This document shows positions 1 to 8,069 of a DNA stretch of 31,410 nt, in pieces. Each line of letters begins with the position of its first letter. Within the stretch, counting starts at the first letter, position 1. The translations under genes were made by a program, and so were the position numbers. Below the pieces are notes generated by a model. It was not told where the DNA came from, ran no database searches, and worked only from the letters and a program-made list of their open reading frames with translations. Where the stretch lies: positions 1 to 31,410 of the IMG/VR virus record IMGVR_UViG_3300005326_000102. One strand, written 5' to 3'. The stretch comes from a virus (taxonomy: Duplodnaviria; Caudoviricetes).

Positions 1-336
1 TTTTCCGCGGCTCCCTTCCCCGCCGCCCCCGCCTCCCCCGCCGCCCCCGCCGCCTACGCCGCTGCCCACGCCGTTTACGCAGCTGCCTTCGCCGCCGACT
101 CTGCCTTCGCCGCCGCCTCCGCCGCCTACGCCGCCTTCGCCGCTGCCCACGCCGTTTACGCAGCTGCCTTCGCCGCCGACTCTGCCTTCGCCGCCGCCTC
201 CGCCGCCTACGCCGCTGCCCACGCCGCCGACTCTGCCTACTTCGCCGCCGACTCCGCCGCTGCCAAGAGGAACATGCAATTAGAAATACTAACCTACGGA
301 CTGGAGCTGTTGAGATGCCCAACATGGATAAGCTGA
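1..336 (+). CDS. 5'-truncated Ala-rich repeat protein (phage accessory)
   Basis: Frame 1 is open from base 1 to TGA 334-336 and reads ...AAYAAAHAVYAAAFAADSAFAAASAAYAA...KRNMQLEILTYGLELLRCPTWIS. It is missing from the ORF track because it lacks a start. Confidence 0.7.
   Translation, partial: FSAAPFPAAPASPAAPAAYAAAHAVYAAAFAADSAFAAASAAYAAFAAAHAVYAAAFAADSAFAAASAAYAAAHAADSAYFAADSAAAKRNMQLEILTYGLELLRCPTWIS
57..215 (+). repeat. 78-bp direct repeat (period 81) within GCC-rich coding repeat
   Basis: 57-134 and 138-215 are identical by eye (cgccgctgcccacgccgtttacgcagctgccttc...). Confidence 0.85.
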
Positions 337-836
337 GGGAGTCAGTTACAAGATTGGAAAATGAGAAGCAGAATATCTCTGTCCGCGAAGACGATTTGTT
401 GGACGCAATTGATTATTTACTCAACCTCGCCACCGCCGTGATTGAGGCGGGGAAGGGATGGCCGAATAAATTAGAAAACAGGACGCATCAACATGTAGGA
501 ATCTGTCCGATATGTGAGAGAATCGCAGAAGCTAACGCGATGAATGATGCTTGCCAGCTATTTGTCGCTCGCCAGTTCGCCTCCGGGGAGTGGGTCAAGA
601 AAGATCGCATTGTTAAAACATGGGAAAAAATAGGAGAACGATGCCCTACCTGTGGAATGAAAATTAAAATTTATCAAGGTGATGAAGGTACTGGTTGTAT
701 GTTGCCTGACATGACCGGTTGGGTCAAGTGCCCGACGGAGGATTCTCTTTATAGAATTTTGTTTGAAAACTGGGACTCGCACAATCCAAGCCAAATGGCC
801 GAATTAATCATCGCCGAGATGAAAGGAAAACAATGA
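315..836 (+). CDS. hypothetical phage protein with two CxxC motifs
   Basis: 173-aa ORF containing CPIC and CPTC; alternative start at ATG 324; stop overlaps next start (ATGA). Confidence 0.7.
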   Translation: MPNMDKLRESVTRLENEKQNISVREDDLLDAIDYLLNLATAVIEAGKGWPNKLENRTHQHVGICPICERIAEANAMNDACQLFVARQFASGEWVKKDRIVKTWEKIGERCPTCGMKIKIYQGDEGTGCMLPDMTGWVKCPTEDSLYRILFENWDSHNPSQMAELIIAEMKGKQ

Positions 837-973
837 GCGCATTCTTATGGGTTATCGTTGGTATTCTAATAGGGATATCCGTATCTTTGTTGTTGTTCGC
901 ATATATCATGTGTTACGGAAAGTTACCGCTAAACTTAGAAAGACTTGTTTGGGGAGGAAAGGACAAACAATGA
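833..973 (+). CDS. small membrane protein (46 aa)
   Basis: Hand translation MSAFLWVIVGILIGISVSLLLFAYIMCYGKLPLNLERLVWGGKDKQ; AAGGA RBS; ATGA coupling at both ends. Confidence 0.7.
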   Translation: MSAFLWVIVGILIGISVSLLLFAYIMCYGKLPLNLERLVWGGKDKQ

Positions 974-1209
974 AACATAACAAAGTTAAGCTGCCGGAAA
1001 CGTGGGGAAAAATATCGAACAAGCCGAAGTATTGGGTGGAGATTGCGCGTCCAGTATCCGGAGACCCTGTTTATCGCTGGGTTATTTTAGGATACCGTAA
1101 GCGTGCTAGTGTAAATAGCCGATGGTTTCCCCATCTCTCCCGCTGCCGCAAGGACGCCCTCGACTTCTGCCGGGCTACGGGGTTGGAGCTGAGGGAGGGG
1201 AAGAAATGA
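970..1209 (+). CDS. hypothetical protein, KPKYWVEI...ALDFCRATGLELRE paralog 1
   Basis: Start at ATG 970 after GGAGGAAAGGA RBS, rather than the track's 847; shares a domain with the next gene. Confidence 0.7.
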   Translation: MKHNKVKLPETWGKISNKPKYWVEIARPVSGDPVYRWVILGYRKRASVNSRWFPHLSRCRKDALDFCRATGLELREGKK

Positions 1210-1645
1210 GAAAAATGGAAAAAGAAGATTATTCGATGTTTACTGGGGAGATTGGAAAACACTATGGTTTTTCGTTTCATACTTTAAAAGAAAATTTTAA
1301 AAAAGGGGAGAAGGTAGTTGTAACTGATAAACAAACATGTTTTTTCGGTAAACGAGGGACAGTTGTCGTGATTGCCAATGATTTAATAACTGTAGTATTC
1401 AATGGCAACAACACTCCTTGGTCTTTTAAATCAGAACAGCTCATGAAGATAAGCAGTTCATTTTGTAACCCCAAGCCGAAGTATTGGGTGGAGATTGATG
1501 AAAGGGGATTAGTGGCGATCAAGGGTTATCGGAAAAAACATTCCTTTATAATGATTCCGAACAAAAGTTCTTGCCATCCTTATTATCGTCGTTATTCTCG
1601 TCAGAAATATATGGCCCTCGACTTCTGCCGGGCTACGGGGTTGGA
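1020..1645 (+). repeat. two pairs of identical blocks: 26 bp (1020-1045, 1472-1497) and 32 bp (1156-1187, 1614-1645)
   Basis: caagccgaagtattgggtggagattg occurs twice; gccctcgacttctgccgggctacggggttgga occurs twice; a degenerate third copy of the 3' end lies at 1757-1787. Confidence 0.9.
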
Positions 1646-1667
1646 ATTACGAGAGGAGAAGGAATGA
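1206..1667 (+). CDS. hypothetical protein, KOW/SH3-like N-part plus KPKYWVEI...ALDFCRATGLELRE paralog 2
   Basis: Start at ATG 1206 after GGAGG; FKKGEKVVV...GKRGTVV resembles a KOW motif; C-terminal domain shared with the upstream gene. Confidence 0.7.
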   Translation: MRKMEKEDYSMFTGEIGKHYGFSFHTLKENFKKGEKVVVTDKQTCFFGKRGTVVVIANDLITVVFNGNNTPWSFKSEQLMKISSSFCNPKPKYWVEIDERGLVAIKGYRKKHSFIMIPNKSSCHPYYRRYSRQKYMALDFCRATGLELREEKE

Positions 1668-1753
1668 TTTCTACCGCGATTGCGATTCTTTTTGCAGGAT
1701 ATTTTATATCTGGCGGGCTGTATGAAATTGCTAGGGCTATTAAGAATAAATAA
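1664..1753 (+). CDS. tiny membrane peptide (29 aa)
   Basis: MISTAIAILFAGYFISGGLYEIARAIKNK; AGGAG RBS; ATGA overlap. Confidence 0.5.
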   Translation: MISTAIAILFAGYFISGGLYEIARAIKNK

Positions 1754-1784
1754 CAAACGGGTTTGGAGCTGAGGGGGGGGAATA

Positions 1785-2060
1785 ATGCCAACGGTGTTTT
1801 TGCGGATATGTCCAACGTGCGGTAAGGATTTTTTTACTCCGAAGGGGAATGAAACGACTCATTGTTCTCTTTCTTGCAGCGCAAAATTAAAATTAAACAA
1901 CATAAACAGCCGAGCCGAAAACAGAAAAATTAAAAAAATTAGGATCCCCTGTATCGGCCCGCTTTGCCGAGGAGAGCGAGAATTTTTATCCCGCGATCCC
2001 ATAACCAATAAATTATGTGTTAATTGCAAAGCATCAATATCTCAAATAATGGAGGTCTAA
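1785..2060 (+). CDS. Cys-rich zinc-finger protein
   Basis: CPTC...CSLSC and C-x4-C...CVNC motifs. Confidence 0.7.
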   Translation: MPTVFLRICPTCGKDFFTPKGNETTHCSLSCSAKLKLNNINSRAENRKIKKIRIPCIGPLCRGEREFLSRDPITNKLCVNCKASISQIMEV

Positions 2061-2767
2061 TGTCTTGCCCGAGGCCGTATATCAAACAGAACTGGAGAAA
2101 AATGACAGTCACAATCATTGTTTTTACGCTAAACGAGATCGAGGGTGTACGTGTAACTCTACCGAGAATCAAAAAAGAATGGTACGACCAAATTATCATA
2201 GTGGACGGAGGGTCAACGGACGGGACAATTGAATACGCCCAACAACAAGGATTTGATGTGTTTGTTCAGAGCAAACCGGGGATTTCTACCGCCTTCCGCG
2301 AGGCATTATCCAGATGCACCAGCGATATTGTTGTTATGTTCGCGCCAGATGGCAACAGTGTCCCGGAGGATATTCCAGCGCTGGTTAACACGGTCAGTCA
2401 AGGATATGACATTGCCATTGGTTCCCGTTATTACAACGGGGCCAAGAGCGCAGATGACGACCTGATAACTTCTTTTGGTAATTGGATGTTTACCACGTTA
2501 TTTAACGTACTTTTCGGGACAAGGATAAAAGACGTGCTCAATATGTACCGCGCTTATCGCGTTGATATGTTGAAAAAATTAGACATTAGCACGGATTTGG
2601 ATTCGTGGGGAACGCAAATATTGGCTCAGGCGGTCAGGTTGCGATATAAATATATCGAGATCCCCAGCGAGGAGCCGAAAAGAATTGGCGGAACCCGCAA
2701 AATGCAACCCCTTAAGAACGGATGGATGGAACTAAAAACTATTCTGTTCGAGTTTTTTCGCAAGTAA
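2060..2767 (+). CDS. glycosyltransferase family 2 (DPM synthase/GtrB-like)
   Basis: IIVFTLNE, IIVDGGSTDGT, FAPDGNS, DIAIGSRY, EIPSEEPKRIGG motifs; start at ATG 2060 (GGAGG) or ATG 2102 (GGAG). Confidence 0.9.
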   Translation: MSCPRPYIKQNWRKMTVTIIVFTLNEIEGVRVTLPRIKKEWYDQIIIVDGGSTDGTIEYAQQQGFDVFVQSKPGISTAFREALSRCTSDIVVMFAPDGNSVPEDIPALVNTVSQGYDIAIGSRYYNGAKSADDDLITSFGNWMFTTLFNVLFGTRIKDVLNMYRAYRVDMLKKLDISTDLDSWGTQILAQAVRLRYKYIEIPSEEPKRIGGTRKMQPLKNGWMELKTILFEFFRK

Positions 2768-2781
2768 CTGAAAAATAAAGG

Positions 2782-2809
2782 TTGTATATTATTTCAAACA
2801 TGAAACAAT
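2782..2809 (+). promoter_or_regulatory. possible sigma70-like late promoter
   Basis: TTGTAT-16 nt-AACAAT with TGn extension, in an AT-rich gap before the packaging genes; weak match. Confidence 0.35.
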
Positions 2810-2860
2810 TAATTTAGATATTCCTCGCCCGGCTGATCCCCGGACGGCAACAAAGATTTT

Positions 2861-2897
2861 AAGGCTCATATCGTGCACGACGATGTGGGCCTTTTTT
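2861..2897 (+). terminator. intrinsic terminator
   Basis: aaggctcatatcgt / acgatgtgggcctt form a 14-bp stem with 2 G-U pairs, loop gcacg, followed by a T-run. Confidence 0.75.
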
Positions 2898-2997
2898 GTT
2901 GGCAAAATTTGAAAAAAGAAAATCAGGGCCGTACATACCTGCCGGACAAGACCAACGGGAATAAAGAGCGGCAATGCGTTTTGGCGGCCCATAATTT

Positions 2998-3450
2998 ATG
3001 ACGATAAAAATAGTTAAATCGCAGTACGCAGATACCAGCGCCCCAAGCGGGGCGGTCAACAAAGATGTCCTTTTAGCAAACTCAAAACTCCATATCTCTG
3101 ACGTTTCCGCTGCTATGCGCTGGATGGCAAACCAACTAGAGATAGCTGGTGATCTACACGATTGGACGAAAATAAAATTCATTGACGAATTTTATCGTGA
3201 CTTTGAAGACAATCGTAAAAACGAAAACTGGTTTAAGTCTATCCACCTGCAAGAACGACATCATCTAACCGACAGATGTCCGGATGACGTTAACTTGTTT
3301 GATGTTTTGGAGCGGATTGCGGATATCACGATGGCGGGGATGGCCCGGTCAGGAAAAACGTACGATGACGATTTGTCTCCAGCGCTTTTGACGAGGGCAT
3401 ATAAAAACACCATTGAACTTTTAAAGAAAAATATCGAGGTGGTCGAGTGA
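2998..3450 (+). CDS. HD-like (DUF5662-like) hypothetical protein
   Basis: H...HDWTK...HLQERHH...DVNLFDVLERIAD His/Asp pattern. Confidence 0.6.
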   Translation: MTIKIVKSQYADTSAPSGAVNKDVLLANSKLHISDVSAAMRWMANQLEIAGDLHDWTKIKFIDEFYRDFEDNRKNENWFKSIHLQERHHLTDRCPDDVNLFDVLERIADITMAGMARSGKTYDDDLSPALLTRAYKNTIELLKKNIEVVE

Positions 3451-3884
3451 ACATTCGACAGCAAAAATATAAACGCAACCGATTGCTTGGGATGAACCAA
3501 CGTAACGCCGCGATAGCAGCCGGTTACTCGTTAAATTACGCACGAAACGCTCGCCCGGAAAAGGTTGTCAAGGGTTGTTTAGCCGACGCCTTCGAGCAGG
3601 CTGGCTTTACAGATAAAAAGATAATTGAACACGCGCTTGCAGGGCTTGAGGCAGAAAAAACTTTTGTTGCGGACAAAGTGGTGCTGACTTCGGAGGACTG
3701 GAACGCTAGGCATAAGTATTTTGATACAATTTTGAAGCTAGCGGAAAAGTTGAAAGACCAAATTAATGTTCAACCTGCACAGGTAATCTTGATGAGGTTC
3801 GATAATGCCGGAAATCAAAGTTCCAGTCCAGAAGTTTCTCGACGGGCTGACCGAGTGGCAGAAGCAGATATTGCGAGATTTTGA
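3447..3884 (+). CDS. terS: terminase small subunit
   Basis: N-terminal NQRNAAIAAGYS HTH motif typical of TerS; immediately upstream of TerL. Confidence 0.8.
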   Translation: MNIRQQKYKRNRLLGMNQRNAAIAAGYSLNYARNARPEKVVKGCLADAFEQAGFTDKKIIEHALAGLEAEKTFVADKVVLTSEDWNARHKYFDTILKLAEKLKDQINVQPAQVILMRFDNAGNQSSSPEVSRRADRVAEADIARF

Positions 3885-5091
3885 TTCGCAAGCCGCGAGG
3901 TTTTTCCTCGTCAACTGGCACCGCCGAGCGAGAAAGACGACGCTGGCGATTAATATTTTAATTCGAGAGTGCGTGGCTAATCCCAAGTCGAGGTATGGAT
4001 ATATTACCTCGACGTACCGCGCTGCAAAGAATATTGTTTGGCGTGATCCTAATATGCTCAAGGCGTATCTTCCGGCTGAGTTGGTCAAGAAATACAACGA
4101 CACAGAATTGTTTGTTGAGTTTAAAAACGGTTCCATTCTTTCTTTGCACGGCTCTGACGACCCCGACAGTTTGCGCGGGGTTGATTTCTCCGGGGTTGTC
4201 GTTGATGAGTGGCCGCTGGTAAAAAAAGAAGTTTGGGAAGAGATCATCCGTCCAATTATCGCTCAGGACATTAAGCGCTGGGCGATTTTTATTTTTACCC
4301 CGCGAGGAAAAAACCATGCTTATCACTATTGGCTGAAAGCGAAAGAGAGCGGAGAGTGGAAGACATATATTCTCAAATCGAGTGAGAGCGGCATTCTCCC
4401 GTCGGAAGAACTCCGCAAAATGAGAACCGAAGTTCCTGAAAGAGTTTTTTTGCAAGAGATGGAATGTGAGTTTAATGACGACGCGTCAAGCGTTTTTCGT
4501 GGGGTGTCAAATTGTATCTCGGGGAGTTTTGAGGCTCCGCAGCGGGGTAGCAGTTATATTCTCGGCGTCGATTTGGCGAGGACGGAAGATTACACCGTTC
4601 TCTGCACGATGTGCCGAGAAACAAAGCACGTCGTTGATTTTCAGCGATTTAACATGATTGACTGGCCGCTACAAAAAGAAAAAATTATCGCAACCGCGCT
4701 TAAATATAACAGCCAAGTTTGTATTGACGCATCCGGAGTTGGCGACCCGATTGTGCAAGACCTAAAACAAGCTGGAGTGTGTATTCCCGAGTCAGGAATT
4801 ATTAAGTTTACTCACGAGACAAAAAAACAACTGATTGACCGGTTGATTGTTGCCATCGAGCAGCGGTTGATTACGTTCCCTAAGATTGATTTTCTCCTCG
4901 ACGAGTTAAGCGCTTTCGGCTACGAGATAACGCAGGCGGGGAACGTGAGATACACCGCGCCGGAAGGGTATCACGACGATTGTGTTATCGCCTTGTCGTT
5001 GGCTGTTCATGGCGTTAGGAATTTTCTTTACAGCACGTCGCGGCCTAGTCAACGGCCTCGGCAGTCGCTTGTTACCGGAGGCGTTTATTAA
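3805..5091 (+). CDS. terL: terminase large subunit
   Basis: Walker A-like WHRRARKT, LRG...VVVDEW Walker B, FTPRGKN coupling motif, C-terminal nuclease GVDLA..DYT...DASGVG...HDDCVIA. Confidence 0.95.
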   Translation: MPEIKVPVQKFLDGLTEWQKQILRDFDSQAARFFLVNWHRRARKTTLAINILIRECVANPKSRYGYITSTYRAAKNIVWRDPNMLKAYLPAELVKKYNDTELFVEFKNGSILSLHGSDDPDSLRGVDFSGVVVDEWPLVKKEVWEEIIRPIIAQDIKRWAIFIFTPRGKNHAYHYWLKAKESGEWKTYILKSSESGILPSEELRKMRTEVPERVFLQEMECEFNDDASSVFRGVSNCISGSFEAPQRGSSYILGVDLARTEDYTVLCTMCRETKHVVDFQRFNMIDWPLQKEKIIATALKYNSQVCIDASGVGDPIVQDLKQAGVCIPESGIIKFTHETKKQLIDRLIVAIEQRLITFPKIDFLLDELSAFGYEITQAGNVRYTAPEGYHDDCVIALSLAVHGVRNFLYSTSRPSQRPRQSLVTGGVY

Positions 5092-6890
5092 TGGCAAAAA
5101 TTAAAATTACCGACGAGGAATTGGTTAAATATGTCATGGACGCACGAAAGCGGGCGAAGTATTTTCGCGATGCGTATCAAGAGGACATTGATAAATGCGT
5201 AAATAATTACAATTGCGTTCATCCGCAAGAGTGGAAGGCCAAAGAAAAATGGGCGACACGGGTGTTCATTCCCCTTGCCTACAAGAACGTCGAGGTCGCA
5301 GCGTCGTTGTTGGGAAAGATGCTTTTTAGCCAGAAAGATTTTTTTGAAATTACTGGGTTCAATCCCGAGGAAGACGATCTCCGGGAAGCGCTGAAAGATT
5401 TTGTTGTTCATCTTTTGCAAAAGGGAAATTTTTATAACATCGCAATGCTGGCGCTTAAAGAGTCATGCATAACTTCAACATCATTTTTAAAGACTGTTGA
5501 TGTCAGCAAAGGAAAGAATGATTTTACTCTGCATTTTCTCCCCCGAACATTCTACGACGTAATGATTGACCCGAGTGTCTCGACGTACTGGGTTAACTCA
5601 CGTTTTATCATCGACGAGTACGAGCGCGACATATCCGATATTATCAGCAATCCGATTTACGATTACGGGAAAAAGCATTTAGACGACATCAAGAAAAACA
5701 CCGAGACCAGTAAAAATTTCAGCGAAGAAAACCGGAAAGCGATGGACAGGGTTCAGGACGCAGGCATTGATGTGACATACAAGCCGCATTATGTTCTGGA
5801 GTTCCACGGAAAAGTCAAAGACCCGGAAACGCAAGAAGACGTTGAAATGATCGTGACGATATGCGACGAGAAATGGGTTATCCGACGTGATGAAGTCGAG
5901 GACGAAGAAGATCGGGCGTATGACGTTATTCGTGTTAATCCAATCCCCAAACAATTTTACGGAGCGGGGCTGGTATTGAAAGATTTGGATATTCAGGAAC
6001 TCGCCAATGGGGTTATCAATTTATGGATGGACAATTGGAAACTCTCGGCGATGAAAATGGTAGCTGTTGACCCTGCCGGTGATGTTAAGTGGGACACGGT
6101 AAAGTTTGAACCGGGCGCAATCTGGGAAGTGGCAAAGAATGCGATAAGCCCGATTGAAGTCGGCATAGCCGTTGACGGGCTGGCCGCGCTTGGCATTCTC
6201 GATCAGTTGTCGCAAGAAACCAGCGGAATTACCAAGACGGCACAAGGGCAGTCTACTCCGGGCACCGATGAAACCCTCGGAGAGGTACAGCTAAAGTTGA
6301 GCCGGTCGGACACACGGTTTGTAAATATCGCCAAGTTTATCGAGGCGGAGTTTCTCGGGCGGTTTATAAAAAAGGTTATTAATTACACGATTAAAAATTG
6401 TCCTCAATCCTACGTTGACAAAATCATGGGATTTCGCGAAGAAAAAAGAAAGCTCCCTGTCCCCGTGATCGGGGATGTTGTTCAACAAGCGCAGAATTTG
6501 GTTAACAAGGTTTTTCGTATCCGACGGCTAGACCTCGACCACATTCGAAAAAACTACGGACAGAAAGGCGCGGAGGTTGCTCTCGATTTTCATCCTATCG
6601 GGATTAGTCGTTTTTCGTCCAAGGGCGAAGAGCAAGCGCGGTACAAAGAACTCATCCAAGCGATTCTGTCAAATGAAACTCTAGGAATGTTGTTCGACGT
6701 GAAGAAAACAATCAAGCGCGGATTCCAGTCTATGGGATTTGAAAACATCGGTGATCTGATGAAGTCAGATGAAGAGCTTGACGAAATTCTGGCACAGATG
6801 CAAGGGGCGCAACAGCCGCAAGGTCGTGCTCCGGGGATGAATGTCCCGCCAGCGCAAACACCAGAACAGATGCAAGGAGGAATGATCTAA
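5091..6890 (+). CDS. portal protein (podovirus type)
   Basis: 599 aa directly after TerL; FYGAG, PGAIW, SGIT...QG, ETLGEV motifs; Gln-rich C-terminal tail. Confidence 0.85.
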   Translation: MAKIKITDEELVKYVMDARKRAKYFRDAYQEDIDKCVNNYNCVHPQEWKAKEKWATRVFIPLAYKNVEVAASLLGKMLFSQKDFFEITGFNPEEDDLREALKDFVVHLLQKGNFYNIAMLALKESCITSTSFLKTVDVSKGKNDFTLHFLPRTFYDVMIDPSVSTYWVNSRFIIDEYERDISDIISNPIYDYGKKHLDDIKKNTETSKNFSEENRKAMDRVQDAGIDVTYKPHYVLEFHGKVKDPETQEDVEMIVTICDEKWVIRRDEVEDEEDRAYDVIRVNPIPKQFYGAGLVLKDLDIQELANGVINLWMDNWKLSAMKMVAVDPAGDVKWDTVKFEPGAIWEVAKNAISPIEVGIAVDGLAALGILDQLSQETSGITKTAQGQSTPGTDETLGEVQLKLSRSDTRFVNIAKFIEAEFLGRFIKKVINYTIKNCPQSYVDKIMGFREEKRKLPVPVIGDVVQQAQNLVNKVFRIRRLDLDHIRKNYGQKGAEVALDFHPIGISRFSSKGEEQARYKELIQAILSNETLGMLFDVKKTIKRGFQSMGFENIGDLMKSDEELDEILAQMQGAQQPQGRAPGMNVPPAQTPEQMQGGMI

Positions 6891-6967
6891 TGGAAAAAAA
6901 GAGCAAGCCTAAAGAAGTTAAGGTCAAGCGGATTCCGTTCGTGGGGGTTAAAAAAAGTGGACGATAA
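6890..6967 (+). CDS. Lys-rich micro-ORF (25 aa)
   Basis: MEKKSKPKEVKVKRIPFVGVKKSGR; TAATG coupling to the portal stop. Confidence 0.4.
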   Translation: MEKKSKPKEVKVKRIPFVGVKKSGR

Positions 6968-7211
6968 CCTTTTGCAGCAACAATTGCGCGACGCTGTTGT
7001 CGTTAAAGAAATGATGGCGACGGCAGGATGGAAGGTTCTTGAGAAATACATTGACGAAATTTACGCGGCGAAAGTCGCCAATTTAATTGAAGCCGAAGAC
7101 GCGGAGGCCCGGACAGTCATCCGGGGTATCACTTCATACCGTCGGGCTATTGCATACATTTTAGAGCATGGGAAAAGAGCTAATCAGGAATTAAGCAAAA
7201 AAGGAGAATAG
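6957..7211 (+). CDS. small head-module protein between portal and scaffold
   Basis: 84-aa helical ORF (MMATAGWKVL) in a position typical of podoviral post-portal genes. Confidence 0.7.
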   Translation: MDDNLLQQQLRDAVVVKEMMATAGWKVLEKYIDEIYAAKVANLIEAEDAEARTVIRGITSYRRAIAYILEHGKRANQELSKKGE

Positions 7212-7212
7212 C

Positions 7213-7290
7213 ATGCGGTGCGATGTAAAAAAGCTGGATGAAAAAAAGATTAAAAAGCAAGTCAAGCCGTTAAAGAAGAAAAAGAAGTAA
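7213..7290 (+). CDS. Lys-rich micro-ORF (25 aa)
   Basis: MRCDVKKLDEKKIKKQVKPLKKKKK; AGGAG RBS; fills the gap exactly. Confidence 0.5.
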   Translation: MRCDVKKLDEKKIKKQVKPLKKKKK

Positions 7291-7304
7291 CAAAGGAGAT
7301 ATCA

Positions 7305-8048
7305 ATGACAGAGCAGAACACCCAAGAACAACCCGCAGGGCAAGAGGGAACTCCGGTGGAGTCAACCCCTCAGCCGTCGGCTCTTGAGGAACGTCTGGCT
7401 AAGTTGGAAGGTGCTGTAACTGACCAAAAAGGTTATATCACCAAGCTAGAGCAGGAGAACTCAACATACCGTCAGATTATCACAGACCGAGGACAGGCTG
7501 ATTCCGCGCAAGCGACAAGACAGCCGGTTACAGTCTCGGAACTCGACAAAGAAATTGAGACTCTTGAACGTCAAGCAGCGGCGGGAGAAATTACGGCTGA
7601 AGATTTGTCTGTTCGTTCTTTGCAATTAATCCGCAAAGCAAAATCCGAAGGCAGGCAAGAAGCTGTTCGGGAAGTCACTAACTTGTATTCTCAGGAACAG
7701 GAAATTTCCCGAAGTTTTGCGTCGATCTTTGAAGACCCGGATTTGAAAGGGTTGGATAAAGACATGAACGACATTGCCTATGGATATATGCAAGCGGGGA
7801 TCTCGCAAGGGATGAACGTCAAGCGAGCGTCGGAGTACGCGAAAGACCAGACCAAGCAGAAATTGGTTGCGCTCCGGGCCCGATTTGGCGGACAGAAAAG
7901 TCCAGAGCCGCAGAAAGAAACACCGGCTGCCAGCTTGAAAGGTGAAGGGGAACAAAATAAGCAACCACCCAAAAAAGAAGAACCCGTCACCGCAGAGTCA
8001 AGCCAGGCAAGTTTTATTGAACAGCGTCGAGCGAGAATGATGCGGTAA
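7305..8048 (+). CDS. capsid scaffolding protein
   Basis: Acidic coiled-coil protein with disordered ends and a basic C-terminal helix; immediately upstream of the MCP. Confidence 0.75.
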   Translation: MTEQNTQEQPAGQEGTPVESTPQPSALEERLAKLEGAVTDQKGYITKLEQENSTYRQIITDRGQADSAQATRQPVTVSELDKEIETLERQAAAGEITAEDLSVRSLQLIRKAKSEGRQEAVREVTNLYSQEQEISRSFASIFEDPDLKGLDKDMNDIAYGYMQAGISQGMNVKRASEYAKDQTKQKLVALRARFGGQKSPEPQKETPAASLKGEGEQNKQPPKKEEPVTAESSQASFIEQRRARMMR

Positions 8049-8069
8049 GGGTTTTAGAAAGGTTTTACT

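Noticed and set aside
847-1205. Track starts at 847 and 1122 for the two paralogs
   Set aside because: Better RBS-supported, ATGA-coupled starts exist at 970 and 1206, and 833-973 encodes a separate membrane peptide.
1020-1645. CRISPR-like or DGR TR/VR interpretation of the 26- and 32-bp repeats
   Set aside because: There are only two copies each, in frame within paralogous genes, and the intervening differences are not adenine-specific.
2943-2949. CGGACAA as a distant target of the putative antisense loop
   Set aside because: The same 7-mer occurs several times inside coding regions of this window, so a lone match is not informative.
2926-2990. Possible tRNA (GGGCCG...CGGCCC acceptor-like stem)
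   Set aside because: No D-arm, anticodon arm or TTC-containing T-loop is recognisable; kept only as part of the structured leader.
3738-6488. Numerous 60-170-aa minus-strand ORFs across terL and portal, with similar ones elsewhere
   Set aside because: They lie wholly antisense to well-supported genes, with no motifs or RBS; treated as shadow ORFs.
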